Part shown: piece by piece, positions 27,942 to 39,193 of the stretch
Layout of the letters: every line of letters begins with the position of its first letter
Numbering within the stretch: position 1 is the stretch's first letter
NCBI GenBank assembly: GCA_023246355.1
Contig: JAHFIQ010000001.1
Span: 350,247 to 414,246, forward strand
Source of the DNA: Candidatus Uhrbacteria bacterium
Lineage (GTDB): Bacteria; Patescibacteriota; Patescibacteriia; UBA9934; GWF2-40-263
DNA: 64,000 nt
Reading direction: 5' to 3'
Program-made: the position numbers and the translations under genes
The notes under the pieces: generated by a model
The model's database searches: none
What the model was told of the DNA's origin: nothing
Seen by the model: only the letters and a program-made list of their open reading frames with translations

Positions 27942-29285
27942 ATGGCCACCAACCCTTTGCCTGAGCAGGCAATTTGCTGCCAGTGCAAACAAGCATTCCC
28001 CGTCAAAGCTGTCATGAAGCTCACCAGTGGTTCGATCCCGATGCTCGTGGTCGTTCAAGACGTGACGAGTATCGAGGAAGCCCTGGCGTGCGCCACCTGC
28101 CAGGTCTGTATCAACAAAGAAGGTCCGAAGGATCGTGGACTCCATGGGGTTCTGTTGGCCCTTGGATGCACTCAGACCCCATCGTTGCCTGCGGCTCTGT
28201 CTGTTTCTCCGCGCCTGCGATCAGAGCCTCCGACTCTGGACGTCGCTGCTCTGACAAAAGCAAGGGGAAAGCATCAGGTTCCCACCATGGCCGGAGTGCG
28301 AGTGGTGATGCCCCCGCCTCTGCCGCGTGGGAACCTCCATCGAGCACCGCCTCGTGAGGAGCGACTGAACGATCGTCCGCGGCTACCCAAGGTGCTGGAG
28401 CAGCCTGTCGTTCGGGAGCCAGAACCCACACACGAGCCGCTCAGGGTGAGTCTGGACGAGCGATCAATCGCTGCGCTGAAGCTAGCCGGAGCTGACGCCC
28501 GCAAGCGTGATGAGGAAAAGAAGCGCGTGCGCTTGGCCAAGTTCGGCTCCCTCATGGAGGTGCTTCAAGCGAGCCTCTCGGTCATCAAGAATGATCCGGG
28601 AAAAGAAGACATTGGTTCACATCTGGACACCTTTGAAAACACGCTCGTGGAAGCGCTCACCTTTGATCCCCTGCAGAGGGGCAAGAAGGCACTGCTCGAG
28701 TTTCTCAGCACGTCCCAAGACGAGCTTGATGAGTGCGATCGCGCGTTCTGGGTGACGCACACGGTCGTGCCGGGTGGAGGTGGTGAGGTCAGGCCAGCCG
28801 GCCATGCACGTTTGACCCCGGAGGTCGAAGAGATCGAAGTGAATCCCTTTGAAGGTGGCGTCGTCCCAAGGCGGTTCAATGCCAAGGGAGAGTGGCCGCC
28901 CATCTCGATTCTCCCGGTCATCGTGGTTCGCACCAAGCCCAAGCTTCCCACGCCCAATTCGCCACTGGGTGAGCCAGGGAGCTCGCCTCCCAGAATCGTC
29001 TACCCAGAGGGTGGGCGATACGGGAAGGAGTACACCGTCGAAGGGAGCAGTCGTTCTGTGCCCAAGGATTACCAGTGGTCATGGGCACAGATGAACGTTG
29101 CTGTGTGGTCACTGAGTCACCAGGACGCCGTGCTCATCTGCAATGGTGTGACAGTGAACCTGAGCGACCTCATGTGCTTGTACATGGAGCCGTACGTCCT
29201 TCCGGACTCGGAGGAGTCGTCCCAAGAAGTTCCAGCAGAACCTGCTGATGCGACCGCAGAAGGTCAACCTCACGCAGAGGTCTGA
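27942..29285 (+). CDS. Hypothetical protein with N-terminal Cys-cluster (zinc-ribbon-like), high GC
   Basis: MATNPLPEQAICCQCKQAF...CATCQVC gives two CxxC-type pairs; Pro-rich middle; acidic C-terminus. The ORF track start at 27906 is less likely. Confidence 0.5.
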   Translation: MATNPLPEQAICCQCKQAFPVKAVMKLTSGSIPMLVVVQDVTSIEEALACATCQVCINKEGPKDRGLHGVLLALGCTQTPSLPAALSVSPRLRSEPPTLDVAALTKARGKHQVPTMAGVRVVMPPPLPRGNLHRAPPREERLNDRPRLPKVLEQPVVREPEPTHEPLRVSLDERSIAALKLAGADARKRDEEKKRVRLAKFGSLMEVLQASLSVIKNDPGKEDIGSHLDTFENTLVEALTFDPLQRGKKALLEFLSTSQDELDECDRAFWVTHTVVPGGGGEVRPAGHARLTPEVEEIEVNPFEGGVVPRRFNAKGEWPPISILPVIVVRTKPKLPTPNSPLGEPGSSPPRIVYPEGGRYGKEYTVEGSSRSVPKDYQWSWAQMNVAVWSLSHQDAVLICNGVTVNLSDLMCLYMEPYVLPDSEESSQEVPAEPADATAEGQPHAEV

Positions 29286-29886
29286 TTGCGAGACGAAGCA
29301 AACAAGGGTGCATGCCCTTGATCCGCGGGTCCAGTCCTTGGACCTGCTATTACATCTTTCCGCGAATTTCGTGGACAGATGTGATAGGCCATTGATCGTT
29401 TCGTGAAAACGCATTACCATTTCTGTGCCTTTGCGCCTCGTCTTTCTGAGGCTGCGAAGTGGGGTACGAAACTGTTGTATCAAAATCGCGAGCATAGGTC
29501 GTTCGCCGCAAGGCTGAGCGACCAAAATCTCTCTCCTCATGCTCAAACGTTGTGATGCGGCTTTCCGTCGTGGCTTCTCTTCGCAGCTTCAGACAGGGGA
29601 GGCTTTTCTTTTTATCCACACCCAGTGCTTGACGAGCAAAAAGCGGCATGATACTGTCTGCCTGCATTCGTCAAGCCTTCGCTCAATTTAGCGAAACTTG
29701 ACAGGCCTCCCTCCTCGTATACGGCTGCATGGTCAACCAGGCCGAGGCACTTTCTAAGAGAATTTTCTGACATCATCGGGTAAACCGTGATGATCGGAAT
29801 AACCCATTCATTCTCTGATGGTGCTTAACCCACTCACCCTTCAATAATTAAGAGGCACTCATATCGAGTGTGCTTTTTTGTTTTTT

Positions 29887-32800
29887 ATGCCCATTTATCG
29901 CCGCACTCCCGTCAAGACCCGTGAACGCAAGACGTTTGGCAATGCTGTCCACGACGCGATTGACGTTCCAGATCTCATCGAGGTCCAGCGACGTTCCTAT
30001 CGTTGGTTTTGTGAAGAGGGCATTCGCGAACTCTTTGAGGAGGTCTCGCCGATCACCGATTTTATCGGCCGCGATTTGCAGCTCTTCTTTGATGACTATT
30101 ATTTGGATGAACCGAAGTTTGACGAAAAAACGTCTCGCATGAAGAACGTCACGTTTGAGGCGCCGCTGCGCGTAAAAACGCGGCTCGTAAATATTCGCAC
30201 CAAGGACGTGAAGGAACAGGAAATTTATTTGGGAGATCTTCCTCTCATGACTCCGCGCGGAACATTTGTGATCAACGGAGTGGAGCGCGTGGTTGTCTCC
30301 CAGCTGGTCCGCTCGGCCGGAGCGTTTTTTACCGCGGACGTGTATCGTGGTCGTCGCTACTATGGCGCGAAGATTATTCCCAACCGCGGTGCCTGGCTTG
30401 AATTTGAAACAGACGCGAAGAATGTCATCTGGGTGAAAATTGATCGCAAGCGCAAAGTGGCGGTAACCGCACTTTTGCGCGCGTTTGGTGTGGCTGAGGA
30501 TCAGGCGATCATCGATTTGTTCAAAGACATCGATATCCATCCAACCAACCATTACATCGAAGCCACCTTGAATAAAGACGTTTCCAAAACCGAGGACGAA
30601 GGACTCATCGAAGTGTACAAACGCATTCGTCCAGGTGATCGCGCCACAGCGGATAATGCCAAGAGCTTGATTCATTCCATGTTCTTTAATTTTGATCGCT
30701 ATGACTTGGGCAAAGTTGGTCGCTACAAGTTTAACCTGCGATTTAATTTGGACACGACTCCCGAGTTAGTCGCGGTGGAAGAGAATCGTATTATCAAGGC
30801 GGAAGACCTCGTCAAAATTATTCGGGAAGTCATTCGTTTGAACATCAACCAGGAAGAACCAGACGACGTTGATCACCTCGGCAACCGGCGTGTGCGTGCT
30901 GTGGGAGAACTCATCCAAGGTCGGTTTCGTGTGGGGCTGGCTCGCATGGAGCGCATTGTCCGCGATCGCATGAGCACCCGTGACATTGAAACCCTCACTC
31001 CCGGCAAGCTCATCAACGCCCGTCCGGTCATCGGGGCCGTGCGAGAATTTTTCATGTCCTCACAGCTCTCGCAGTTCATGGACCAGACCAATCCACTGGC
31101 CGAGCTTGAACACAAACGTCGACTCTCCGCCATGGGACCTGGAGGTCTTTCTCGTGAGCGCGCTGGGTTTGAAGTGCGTGATGTGCATCCAACTCACTAT
31201 GGCCGCATTTGTCCGATTGCGACCCCTGAGGGACCAAACATCGGACTGATTGGTCACTTGGCTTCCTACGCCATCATCAACGACTACGGATTTATCGAGA
31301 CGCCGTACCGCAAAGTCGTGAAGGAAGAAAAAGATGGCAAAGTGCTTTCTCGCGTGACCGACGAGGTGGAATACATCAACGCGTTTAAAGAAGAACGATC
31401 CGTGACCGTGCCGTCCACGGTGCGAGTTGATGAGCATGGGTATTTCTTGGAAGCGTTCGTTGGCGCTCGTCGTTTTGGTGAACCAAAAATTGTTCCGCAA
31501 AACGAAGTGGATTACATGGACGTTTCCAGTAAACAAATTGTGTCCATCGGAACCGCCTTGATTCCGTTTTTGGAGCACGACGATGCCACACGTGCGCTCA
31601 TGGGCACCAACATGCAACGTCAGGCCGTGCCGACCATCAAACCGGATGCGCCGATTATTGGAACCGGAGCCGAGAAACGTTCTGCGCGTGATTCAGGTCA
31701 CGTGGTGGTGGCCGAAGAGTCTGGGGAAATTACCCGCGTGGAAGGTGATCTGGTTGAGATTACCGACCGCGACAAGAATGTGCATGGCTACGAGCTGAAA
31801 AAATTCTTGCGCTCCAACAATTCGACGTCTATCAACCAGCGACCCGTGGTTCAAAAAGGAGTGAAGGTGGTCAAGGGAGACGTGATTGCAGATTCAAGCG
31901 CGGTGGATCATGGCGAACTGGCGCTGGGGCAGAACTGTTTGGTCGCGTTCATGGCGTGGGACGGATACAACTTTGACGATGCGGTGATTTTCTCTGAGCG
32001 TCTGGTTCACGACGATCGATTTACATCTGTGCATATTGAGCACTACACCCTGGATGTGCGCGACACGAAACTTGGCCCTGAGGTCGTGACCTCGGACATC
32101 CCCAACGTCTCCGAAGAAAAATTGCTGCACTTGGATTCCGAAGGCGTGATTCGTGTGGGGGCTGAGGTGAAGTCCGGTGACATCTTGGTAGGAAAAATTA
32201 CTCCCAAAGGTGAAACAGAACTCTCTGCCGAAGAAAAATTGCTGCGCGCGATTTTCGGTGAGAAGGCACGTGACGTGCGTGACTCTTCGATGTACTTGGA
32301 ACATGGTGAGCATGGCAAGGTCGTGGCCGTGACCGTGTTTTCACGTGAGGAAGGCGACAAGCTCTCCCCAGGCGTTATTAAGTCCATCCAAGTCACCATT
32401 GCGGACCTGCGCAAAATTCAAGTCGGAGACAAAGTCGCTGGTCGCCACGGAAACAAGGGTGTTATTAGCAAAGTGGTTCCTCTTGCTGATATGCCATTTT
32501 TGGAAGACGGCACACCCGCTGACATCATCCTCACGCCTTTGGGTATTGTCTCTCGTATGAACTTGGGACAGATTCTTGAAGTACACCTGGGGCTGGCAGC
32601 AAACGCGCTGGGCTACAACGTGACGACACCGGTCTTAAACGGAGTGCCTGAGCCAGATATTCATTCCGAACTCGTGCGGGCGGGATTGCCTGAATCAGGT
32701 CAGGCGACGCTCTATGACGGTCGAACCGGAGATGCGTTTGAAAACAAAATCACGGTGGGCTACATGTACATTCTGAAACTCTCCCACATGGTCGAGGACA

Positions 32801-33159
32801 AAATGCACCAGCGCTCGATTGGTCCGTACTCGCTCATCACTCAGCAGCCACTGGGAGGTAAAGCGCAGTTCGGTGGTCAGCGGTTTGGAGAAATGGAAGT
32901 GTGGGCCCTGGAGGCCTACGGCGCCGCTCATACCTTGCAGGAAATTCTCACGATCAAATCCGATGACGTGCCAGGACGCTCCAAGGCGTATGAAGCGATC
33001 ATCAAAGGAGAACCGATTCGCAAAGTCAACATTCCAGAATCATTCAACGTGCTCGTTCGTGAACTCAAGGGTCTGTGTATGGATGTCGAGTTGCTGAAGG
33101 AAGGGGAGAAAGTCGAGCTCCCTGGAGAGAAAAAGACCGCACCTAAAGCCGCCAAATAG
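29887..33159 (+). CDS. rpoB: DNA-directed RNA polymerase subunit beta (compact form)
   Basis: Conserved RpoB blocks throughout: ...[16 protein letters not shown]..., ...NMQRQAVP..., ...[17 protein letters not shown]... Preceded by an unusually long 590-nt non-coding region. Confidence 0.95.
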   Translation: MPIYRRTPVKTRERKTFGNAVHDAIDVPDLIEVQRRSYRWFCEEGIRELFEEVSPITDFIGRDLQLFFDDYYLDEPKFDEKTSRMKNVTFEAPLRVKTRLVNIRTKDVKEQEIYLGDLPLMTPRGTFVINGVERVVVSQLVRSAGAFFTADVYRGRRYYGAKIIPNRGAWLEFETDAKNVIWVKIDRKRKVAVTALLRAFGVAEDQAIIDLFKDIDIHPTNHYIEATLNKDVSKTEDEGLIEVYKRIRPGDRATADNAKSLIHSMFFNFDRYDLGKVGRYKFNLRFNLDTTPELVAVEENRIIKAEDLVKIIREVIRLNINQEEPDDVDHLGNRRVRAVGELIQGRFRVGLARMERIVRDRMSTRDIETLTPGKLINARPVIGAVREFFMSSQLSQFMDQTNPLAELEHKRRLSAMGPGGLSRERAGFEVRDVHPTHYGRICPIATPEGPNIGLIGHLASYAIINDYGFIETPYRKVVKEEKDGKVLSRVTDEVEYINAFKEERSVTVPSTVRVDEHGYFLEAFVGARRFGEPKIVPQNEVDYMDVSSKQIVSIGTALIPFLEHDDATRALMGTNMQRQAVPTIKPDAPIIGTGAEKRSARDSGHVVVAEESGEITRVEGDLVEITDRDKNVHGYELKKFLRSNNSTSINQRPVVQKGVKVVKGDVIADSSAVDHGELALGQNCLVAFMAWDGYNFDDAVIFSERLVHDDRFTSVHIEHYTLDVRDTKLGPEVVTSDIPNVSEEKLLHLDSEGVIRVGAEVKSGDILVGKITPKGETELSAEEKLLRAIFGEKARDVRDSSMYLEHGEHGKVVAVTVFSREEGDKLSPGVIKSIQVTIADLRKIQVGDKVAGRHGNKGVISKVVPLADMPFLEDGTPADIILTPLGIVSRMNLGQILEVHLGLAANALGYNVTTPVLNGVPEPDIHSELVRAGLPESGQATLYDGRTGDAFENKITVGYMYILKLSHMVEDKMHQRSIGPYSLITQQPLGGKAQFGGQRFGEMEVWALEAYGAAHTLQEILTIKSDDVPGRSKAYEAIIKGEPIRKVNIPESFNVLVRELKGLCMDVELLKEGEKVELPGEKKTAPKAAK

Positions 33160-33162
33160 TCT

Positions 33163-36100
33163 ATGTTTAAAAAACAAGACGCGCTCAAATCCACTGACTT
33201 CGACTCGATCCGTCTGCGCCTTGCCTCTCCGGAGGTGATTCGCTCTTGGTCGTTTGGTGAGGTGAGCAAACCTGAGACGATTAACTATCGAACGCAAAAG
33301 CCTGAGAAGCAAGGATTGTTTGCTGAGGAAATTTTCGGGCCCTCCAAAGACTGGGAATGCTACTGCGGCAAGTACAAAAAAATTCGCTACAAAGGTATTG
33401 TCTGCGACAAATGTGGAGTGGAAGTCACTCACTCGATTGTTCGCCGTGAGCGCATGGCGCATATCGAGTTGGCCGCCCCTATTACGCACATTTGGTTTTT
33501 GCGCGGTGTGCCATCGAAGATTGGAACCATTCTCGATCTCTCCATCCAAGGACTTGAGAAGGTGATTTACTTTGCGTCCTTTTTGGTGACGGATGTGAAT
33601 GAGGTGGCCAAAGAAGCGACCATTGAACAAGTCAAAACAGAACGCAAGAGCAAACAGAAAATGATTGAAGGTGAGTTTGTCCGCGACACCGGACGCTTGG
33701 TCCAAAAGCACGGCGAAGACAAGAAAGCGATTGAGAAAGAAACCAAACGCCTGGAAGAAATTCGTGATACAAAACTTGCTGAGCTGGAAGAAGACTATGA
33801 AATTGTCATGGAAGATTTGAAGGCCATGAAAGTCATGTCGATTATTCCTGAGCAGACCTATCACGAGTGGTCGCTCAAGTACGGCCATGTGTTTGAGGCC
33901 AACATCGGAGCTGAAGCTGTGAAGGATATGCTCAGGCGCGTGAACGTCGAGGAGACGATGAAAGCGATTGAGGAGGAGCTCAAAACCGCCACCAAAACAA
34001 AACGCAACCGACTGCTCAGACGAGTGAAACTGTTGAAAGCGTTTTCCATTAACGCGATCAAGCCTGAGTGGATGGTCTTGAATGCCCTTCCAGTGATTCC
34101 ACCAGATTTGCGACCGATGGTTCCACTGGATGGTGGCCGTTTTGCCACGTCAGATTTGAACGATCTCTACCGTCGTGTGATCAATCGCAACAACCGTCTG
34201 CGACGCTTGTATGAATTGAATGCGCCAGAGGTCATTTCACGAAACGAAAAGCGCATGTTGCAGGAGGCCGTAGATTCTTTGATTGATAACTCCGCGCGTC
34301 ACAGCAAAACCGTGATCGCGGCGACTGGAAAAAAGCGCCAGCTCAAATCCCTTGCCGACCAGCTGAAAGGAAAACAAGGACGCTTCCGCCAGAACCTGCT
34401 GGGTAAACGCATCGACTACTCAGGACGCTCCGTGATTGTCGTGGGTCCACACTTACATTTGGATCAATGTGGCATTCCAAAAAAGATGGCCCTTGAGTTG
34501 TTCAAGCCGTTTGTGATCTCCAAGTTGATTGAACGCGAGTACGTGCACAATATCCGCTCGGCCAACCGCTTCATTGAAAGTGATCGACCAGAAACCTGGG
34601 ACATCTTGGAAGAGGTCACCAAGGACGCGTTTGTGCTTTTGAACCGCGCACCAACCCTGCACCGCTTGGGAATTCAAGCCTTCCGACCAACGCTGATTGA
34701 AGGCAAGGCGATTCAGATTCATCCTCTGGTGTGTGACGCGTACAACGCAGACTTCGATGGGGACCAGATGGCGGTTCACGTACCACTCACCGAAGAAGCC
34801 CGTGCCGAGGCCAGAGAGCTCATGCTTGCCACCAAGAATCTGCTCAAGCCTTCCTTTGGTGGGCCAGTGGCCACACCTGGAAAAGATATTGCCTGGGGTA
34901 TTTTCTATCTGTCGATGGAACCCACACCCATGCCAGAATCTCAGGAGGGCCTTCCCACCTTTGCCAGTGAAACAGATGCGCTCTACGCCGTGCAAAATGA
35001 AAAATTGTCTTTGCGCGATTGGGTTGTGGTTCGCATGGATGAAGGACATCTCATGATCACCACACCAGGTCGGTTGCTTGTGAACGCACAGTTTCCAAAG
35101 GAAGTGCCGTACATGAACCAGACCATGGGAAAGAAAGAGCTTGCCGGCATTGTGAAGTACTATCTGGAGTTGCATGGCTCGGAAAAGACTGCGGAATTTT
35201 TGGATCGTCTCAAAGAAATTGGATTTAAGTATTCCACGCGTGCTGGGTACTCTTGGGGTATGGGCAACTTGCCAGAGGTTCCAGGCAAGCCTGCTCTCAT
35301 CGAAGAAGGCGACGCGCGCGTGCGTGAGGTGAATGATTATTTTGACCAGGGACTGCTGACGGGTTCTGAACGCCACTCTTCCATTATTAAAGTCTGGAAT
35401 GAAATCAAAGACCGCATTGCCGCTGAAGCCAAGAAGGCTCTGCCAAAAGATAACCCGGCCTACACCATGATTGAATCCGGTGCGCGTGGATCCTGGGGTC
35501 AGATGACGCAGATGGTTGGAATGAAAGGCTTGGTCGCAAACCCAGCAGGAGAAATTATTGAGCTGCCAGTGAAGTCTTCGTTTAAAGAAGGCTATGACGT
35601 GTTGGAGTTCTTTATCTCAAGCCACGGTGTGCGCAAAGGTTTGACCGACACGGCTTTGCGTACGGCAAACGCTGGTTACCTGACACGCCGTTTGGTGGAT
35701 GTGGCACAGGATGTGATTGTGCGTCAGGAAGATTGCGGCGATGACAAGGGTGTGGTGCTCACACACAAAGAGTCTGAAGAAATCGGCGAGCCGCTCATCA
35801 TCCGTATTCTTGGTCGCTATGTGCTCTCGGACGTGAAAAAGCCGGGTGGACGCAAAGTGATTGTGAAAGCCGGGGAGATGATCACCGAGGAAGAAATTCG
35901 TGAAATTGAAGCGGCTGGTGTACCTCTGGAAGAAGCTCATGTGCGTTCGGTGATGACCTGTCGTCTGCGCCGTGGTGTGTGCCAAAAGTGTTATGGCTAT
36001 GATTTGGCGTACAACAAACGGGTGAAGATGGGCACCTCTGTGGGCATCATGGCTGCGCAGTCCATTGGAGAACCTGGAACACAGCTCACGATGCGTACCT

Positions 36101-37188
36101 TCCACACTGGAGGTGTCGCAGGAAAAGATATCACCCAAGGTCTGCCACGCGTGGAAGAATTGTTTGAGGCACGCAATCCAAAACAAAAGGCCATCATGAG
36201 TGAGGTGAGTGGAAAAGCAGAAGTGGACACGGCGGCTCGTGAGGTGGTCCAGGCAGGAACTGGCAAACAAATTTACGACACGCGCCCTGGACAGAAAATC
36301 GTGAAGATCACCTATGAGGGCGTGGATGAAGAAGCAATTGCCTACGGCAAGACCGGGGAGCTCATGGTCAAAGATGGAGACTCTGTGAAGGAAGGCGCGG
36401 TGCTTGCCAAAAAATCCAACGGGAAAGAAGTGGTAGCACCAGGCGCGGGTGTGGTTTCCCTGAAAAAGGTTGGTGTCATCACCCTCATTCGTGAGATGAC
36501 CAAGGTGCGCGAGTACATCATCCCACCGGGCTTTACCCTCTACGTGAAAACCGGCGATGAAGTGCAAGCCGGCGACGCGCTCACCGATGGAAATCTCGAT
36601 CTGCAAGTCCTGTTCAAATTCAAAGGCCAGGACGCGGTGCAGAAATATCTCTCAAAAGAAATTCAGTTCATCTATTCTTCCCAAGGTCAGAAGCTCAACA
36701 ACAAGCACATCGAAATTATCATCCGCCAGATGTTCTCGCGTGTGCGTGTGACGGATCCAGGCGACACAGATTTGTTGCCAGGGGAAATTATCGAGAAGGC
36801 TTCGTTTGAAGACGCCAACGACAAACTCGTGAAAGGAGGAAAGAAGGCGCATGCCAAACAGTTGTTCTTGGGCATCACCAAAATTTCCCTCTCAACCGAT
36901 TCATGGCTTTCAAGCGCGTCCTTCCAAGAGACCGCTCGCGTGCTCATCAATGCGGCTGTGACAGGTAAGGTTGATCGCCTTGAGGGGCTGAAAGAGAATG
37001 TGATCATCGGACGACTCATTCCTGCTGGAACCGGATTTGAAGACATGGAATACGAACTCATTGGAGATTTCAAAGCCGCTCGTATGGCACGTGAAGCCAG
37101 CCGCGAAATCGTCGGCGAGATCGACGAAGCGTTCTCGCAAAACAAAGTCGTGGCTGAGGAAGTGAAGGAGATGGCACAGGAAGGGTAG
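33163..37188 (+). CDS. rpoC: DNA-directed RNA polymerase subunit beta'
   Basis: Zn-binding CGKYKKIRYKGIVCDKCGVEV, the catalytic NADFDGDQMAVHVPL, and the trigger loop and bridge helix regions. Begins 4 nt after the rpoB stop. Confidence 0.95.
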   Translation: MFKKQDALKSTDFDSIRLRLASPEVIRSWSFGEVSKPETINYRTQKPEKQGLFAEEIFGPSKDWECYCGKYKKIRYKGIVCDKCGVEVTHSIVRRERMAHIELAAPITHIWFLRGVPSKIGTILDLSIQGLEKVIYFASFLVTDVNEVAKEATIEQVKTERKSKQKMIEGEFVRDTGRLVQKHGEDKKAIEKETKRLEEIRDTKLAELEEDYEIVMEDLKAMKVMSIIPEQTYHEWSLKYGHVFEANIGAEAVKDMLRRVNVEETMKAIEEELKTATKTKRNRLLRRVKLLKAFSINAIKPEWMVLNALPVIPPDLRPMVPLDGGRFATSDLNDLYRRVINRNNRLRRLYELNAPEVISRNEKRMLQEAVDSLIDNSARHSKTVIAATGKKRQLKSLADQLKGKQGRFRQNLLGKRIDYSGRSVIVVGPHLHLDQCGIPKKMALELFKPFVISKLIEREYVHNIRSANRFIESDRPETWDILEEVTKDAFVLLNRAPTLHRLGIQAFRPTLIEGKAIQIHPLVCDAYNADFDGDQMAVHVPLTEEARAEARELMLATKNLLKPSFGGPVATPGKDIAWGIFYLSMEPTPMPESQEGLPTFASETDALYAVQNEKLSLRDWVVVRMDEGHLMITTPGRLLVNAQFPKEVPYMNQTMGKKELAGIVKYYLELHGSEKTAEFLDRLKEIGFKYSTRAGYSWGMGNLPEVPGKPALIEEGDARVREVNDYFDQGLLTGSERHSSIIKVWNEIKDRIAAEAKKALPKDNPAYTMIESGARGSWGQMTQMVGMKGLVANPAGEIIELPVKSSFKEGYDVLEFFISSHGVRKGLTDTALRTANAGYLTRRLVDVAQDVIVRQEDCGDDKGVVLTHKESEEIGEPLIIRILGRYVLSDVKKPGGRKVIVKAGEMITEEEIREIEAAGVPLEEAHVRSVMTCRLRRGVCQKCYGYDLAYNKRVKMGTSVGIMAAQSIGEPGTQLTMRTFHTGGVAGKDITQGLPRVEELFEARNPKQKAIMSEVSGKAEVDTAAREVVQAGTGKQIYDTRPGQKIVKITYEGVDEEAIAYGKTGELMVKDGDSVKEGAVLAKKSNGKEVVAPGAGVVSLKKVGVITLIREMTKVREYIIPPGFTLYVKTGDEVQAGDALTDGNLDLQVLFKFKGQDAVQKYLSKEIQFIYSSQGQKLNNKHIEIIIRQMFSRVRVTDPGDTDLLPGEIIEKASFEDANDKLVKGGKKAHAKQLFLGITKISLSTDSWLSSASFQETARVLINAAVTGKVDRLEGLKENVIIGRLIPAGTGFEDMEYELIGDFKAARMAREASREIVGEIDEAFSQNKVVAEEVKEMAQEG

Positions 37189-37204
37189 GTCACAGAATAC
37201 AAAA

Positions 37205-37236
37205 ACGCGCTGTCGAACATGGCAGCGCGTTTTGGT
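37205..37236 (+). terminator. Putative intrinsic terminator after rpoC
   Basis: Stem acgcgctg/cagcgcgt with a 10-nt loop, followed by ttttggtt. Confidence 0.45.
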
Positions 37237-37319
37237 TGAGCAGCCTTGACATGAGTGGTTGCTGCGGTTAAGCTCAGGCCTCGCGTTTTCGGACGCGATG
37301 CTCATTACAGGAGTCAATC

Positions 37320-38456
37320 ATGCCTCCAAAAAAGGCTCAAGTGGACCTGTGGCCAGATGAGCTCAGGTCTGCTCTCTCAGGCATACATGTCGACGACAAT
37401 GGGATTCAACAGAGCTGGGATGCTGTACTTGATCGTCTCCCCACCTTTGAGGAGATCATGCAGGTGACGTTTGCTCCTGAAGGACGCGCCTTGCCGTATG
37501 CTTTTGCATTCATTGCTGAACGTCTGCGGCCCTTTGTTCAGCTCCCCGTGGAGCTGGTCTCACGCAGATCATGGGAGACGGAAGCGCACTCACGCAAGGG
37601 AACGTTTCGTGTCATCTTCAGGTCCAGAGGGGTAGAACTTGCAGCCCCCAGCCAGATCTTCGGAATTGACTGTCAGAAATGTGTCAGCCTTTTGAAGGCT
37701 GCCAGGAAGAGGACAGGTCAAAAAGAGATCCGCGATCCTGACACGGGCTGCACCATCGCAACGCTTGATGCAAGGCACAACACCTTGCAGGTGCATTTCT
37801 GTGAGGTGGCACATCCGACTGAGGATTGGGGTGAGCGCCATCGTGAGATTTTTGCGTCTCTGGTGTGGCGCGTCATTCCCCTCTTACCCGAACCTCTGCT
37901 CACGCCAGAGCTCTGGGTGCAGCAAAACAAGGCATCACGCCGCGAAGCCGTTGAGCGGGTGTACCGTGCCTATCGAGTGCAGGCAAAAACGAGTCAGGAG
38001 GGAGATCTAGATGAACTCACTCGGCTGACCACGTCCTTGGCGGAAGTCGGTGTTGTTTCCAACCTTCAAGCAGAGGTTGCTCAGCTGCAGATCACGGTCC
38101 TTGGACTCACATCGCTTGTGAAGAAGCAGGAAGAAAAAATCAGGTCGGAGCTTGAAGCGCTGTTGAAGCGTTCGGATGTTGCTTCAATTCATCTGTGGGG
38201 ATCAGTGCTCGTGTGTGCTGTGGTGAAACCAGATTCTGCGTGGACGATTGTCGTGAACCGGGCACAGATAGGGGATCCGGTTCGTTGGTACAAGCATGAA
38301 GGGAGTACGCGCCAGGCGTATGCCCCGTCCCAGTACCGAATGCTCATTCCTCTTGTTGAACTGTTGAGCAAGGGGGAGTGGGGCACGGTCATCACAAGCG
38401 CGATTGCCGCAATCAGCACATCCCGCCTTCAACCCATCCACCTGCAAGAGGAGTAG
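37320..38456 (+). CDS. Hypothetical protein, first gene of the Ubl-conjugation operon
   Basis: aggag RBS 8 nt before the ATG; GC3-rich; central Cys/His cluster (CQKC...C...HFCEVAH); coiled-coil-like stretch (LQAEVAQLQITVLGLTSLVKKQEEKIRSELEALLKR). Its stop lies 3 nt before the JAB gene start. Confidence 0.55.
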   Translation: MPPKKAQVDLWPDELRSALSGIHVDDNGIQQSWDAVLDRLPTFEEIMQVTFAPEGRALPYAFAFIAERLRPFVQLPVELVSRRSWETEAHSRKGTFRVIFRSRGVELAAPSQIFGIDCQKCVSLLKAARKRTGQKEIRDPDTGCTIATLDARHNTLQVHFCEVAHPTEDWGERHREIFASLVWRVIPLLPEPLLTPELWVQQNKASRREAVERVYRAYRVQAKTSQEGDLDELTRLTTSLAEVGVVSNLQAEVAQLQITVLGLTSLVKKQEEKIRSELEALLKRSDVASIHLWGSVLVCAVVKPDSAWTIVVNRAQIGDPVRWYKHEGSTRQAYAPSQYRMLIPLVELLSKGEWGTVITSAIAAISTSRLQPIHLQEE

Positions 38457-38458
38457 AC

Positions 38459-39193
38459 ATGGTCAAACCCCCCAGAGCACCCATTCCGCTGATGACCAGA
38501 GCTTCGCCATCCACAACAGTGCGCGTGCTCGAACTTCCGCCCACGGTCTACTTCGCCAATCGTGCGATGGAAGACATGCGCATTCTCGTAGCCCTTTGCC
38601 CCGAGGAAGTGGGATGGTTGGGAACGGCCAGAAGGGTCGGCCGAACGTTCTACGTGGATGAGATCTTCTTGCCCAAGCAGCATGCAGGTCCTGCGCATAC
38701 CACCATCACCACCGAGGGACTGAGTCAGCTCATGGATGAGCTCACCCGTGCAGGCCGCGCCAAGCTTTTGGACCGTATGTTTTTCTGGGGTCACTCCCAT
38801 GCCAACATGCCGGCCGATTTCTCGGGCCAAGACGACCTGCAGATGGCCAAGCTCTCGAGGCATTCCCCCTGGTTCATCCGGGCGGTCTTGAACAAGTACG
38901 GAGACATGAAGGTGGATGTGTTCATGCGCGAAGAGGGCATGGCCTACTTGAACGTGCCATGGGTGGTTCACGCCCCTGTTCCCAAACAGCGCCTTGCCTT
39001 TTGGCAGGAGCGTCTGGCTCTGCAAATGCAAAGCCCTCCCAGGCGCAAGCACGGCCAAAAAGGTCTTCCTGCGCACATGGTTGGCAGAGGTGAAGCCGAA
39101 CTGGATTCCCAAGAAGTGTCAGAGGGTCTCGATCCTCCAGATGAAGCGCAGTGGGAAGCTGCGCTCGAACGTCTGGGAAGGGGGGAACCATGA
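38459..39193 (+). CDS. JAB/MPN (JAMM) metalloprotease, deubiquitinase-like
   Basis: Upstream Glu (CPEEVGWLG), then HSHANMPADFSGQD, which exactly fits H-x-H-x7-S-x2-D. gaggag RBS before ATG 38459; its stop overlaps the E1 start (ATGA). Confidence 0.8.
   Translation: MVKPPRAPIPLMTRASPSTTVRVLELPPTVYFANRAMEDMRILVALCPEEVGWLGTARRVGRTFYVDEIFLPKQHAGPAHTTITTEGLSQLMDELTRAGRAKLLDRMFFWGHSHANMPADFSGQDDLQMAKLSRHSPWFIRAVLNKYGDMKVDVFMREEGMAYLNVPWVVHAPVPKQRLAFWQERLALQMQSPPRRKHGQKGLPAHMVGRGEAELDSQEVSEGLDPPDEAQWEAALERLGRGEP

Noticed and set aside
29848-30675. 275-aa ORF antisense to the start of rpoB, and similar antisense ORFs inside rpoC at 34453-35376 and 35617-36606
   Set aside because: They lie entirely within strongly supported RpoB/RpoC coding sequence on the opposite strand, have no motifs and have His/Arg/Phe-rich compositions typical of antisense frames.
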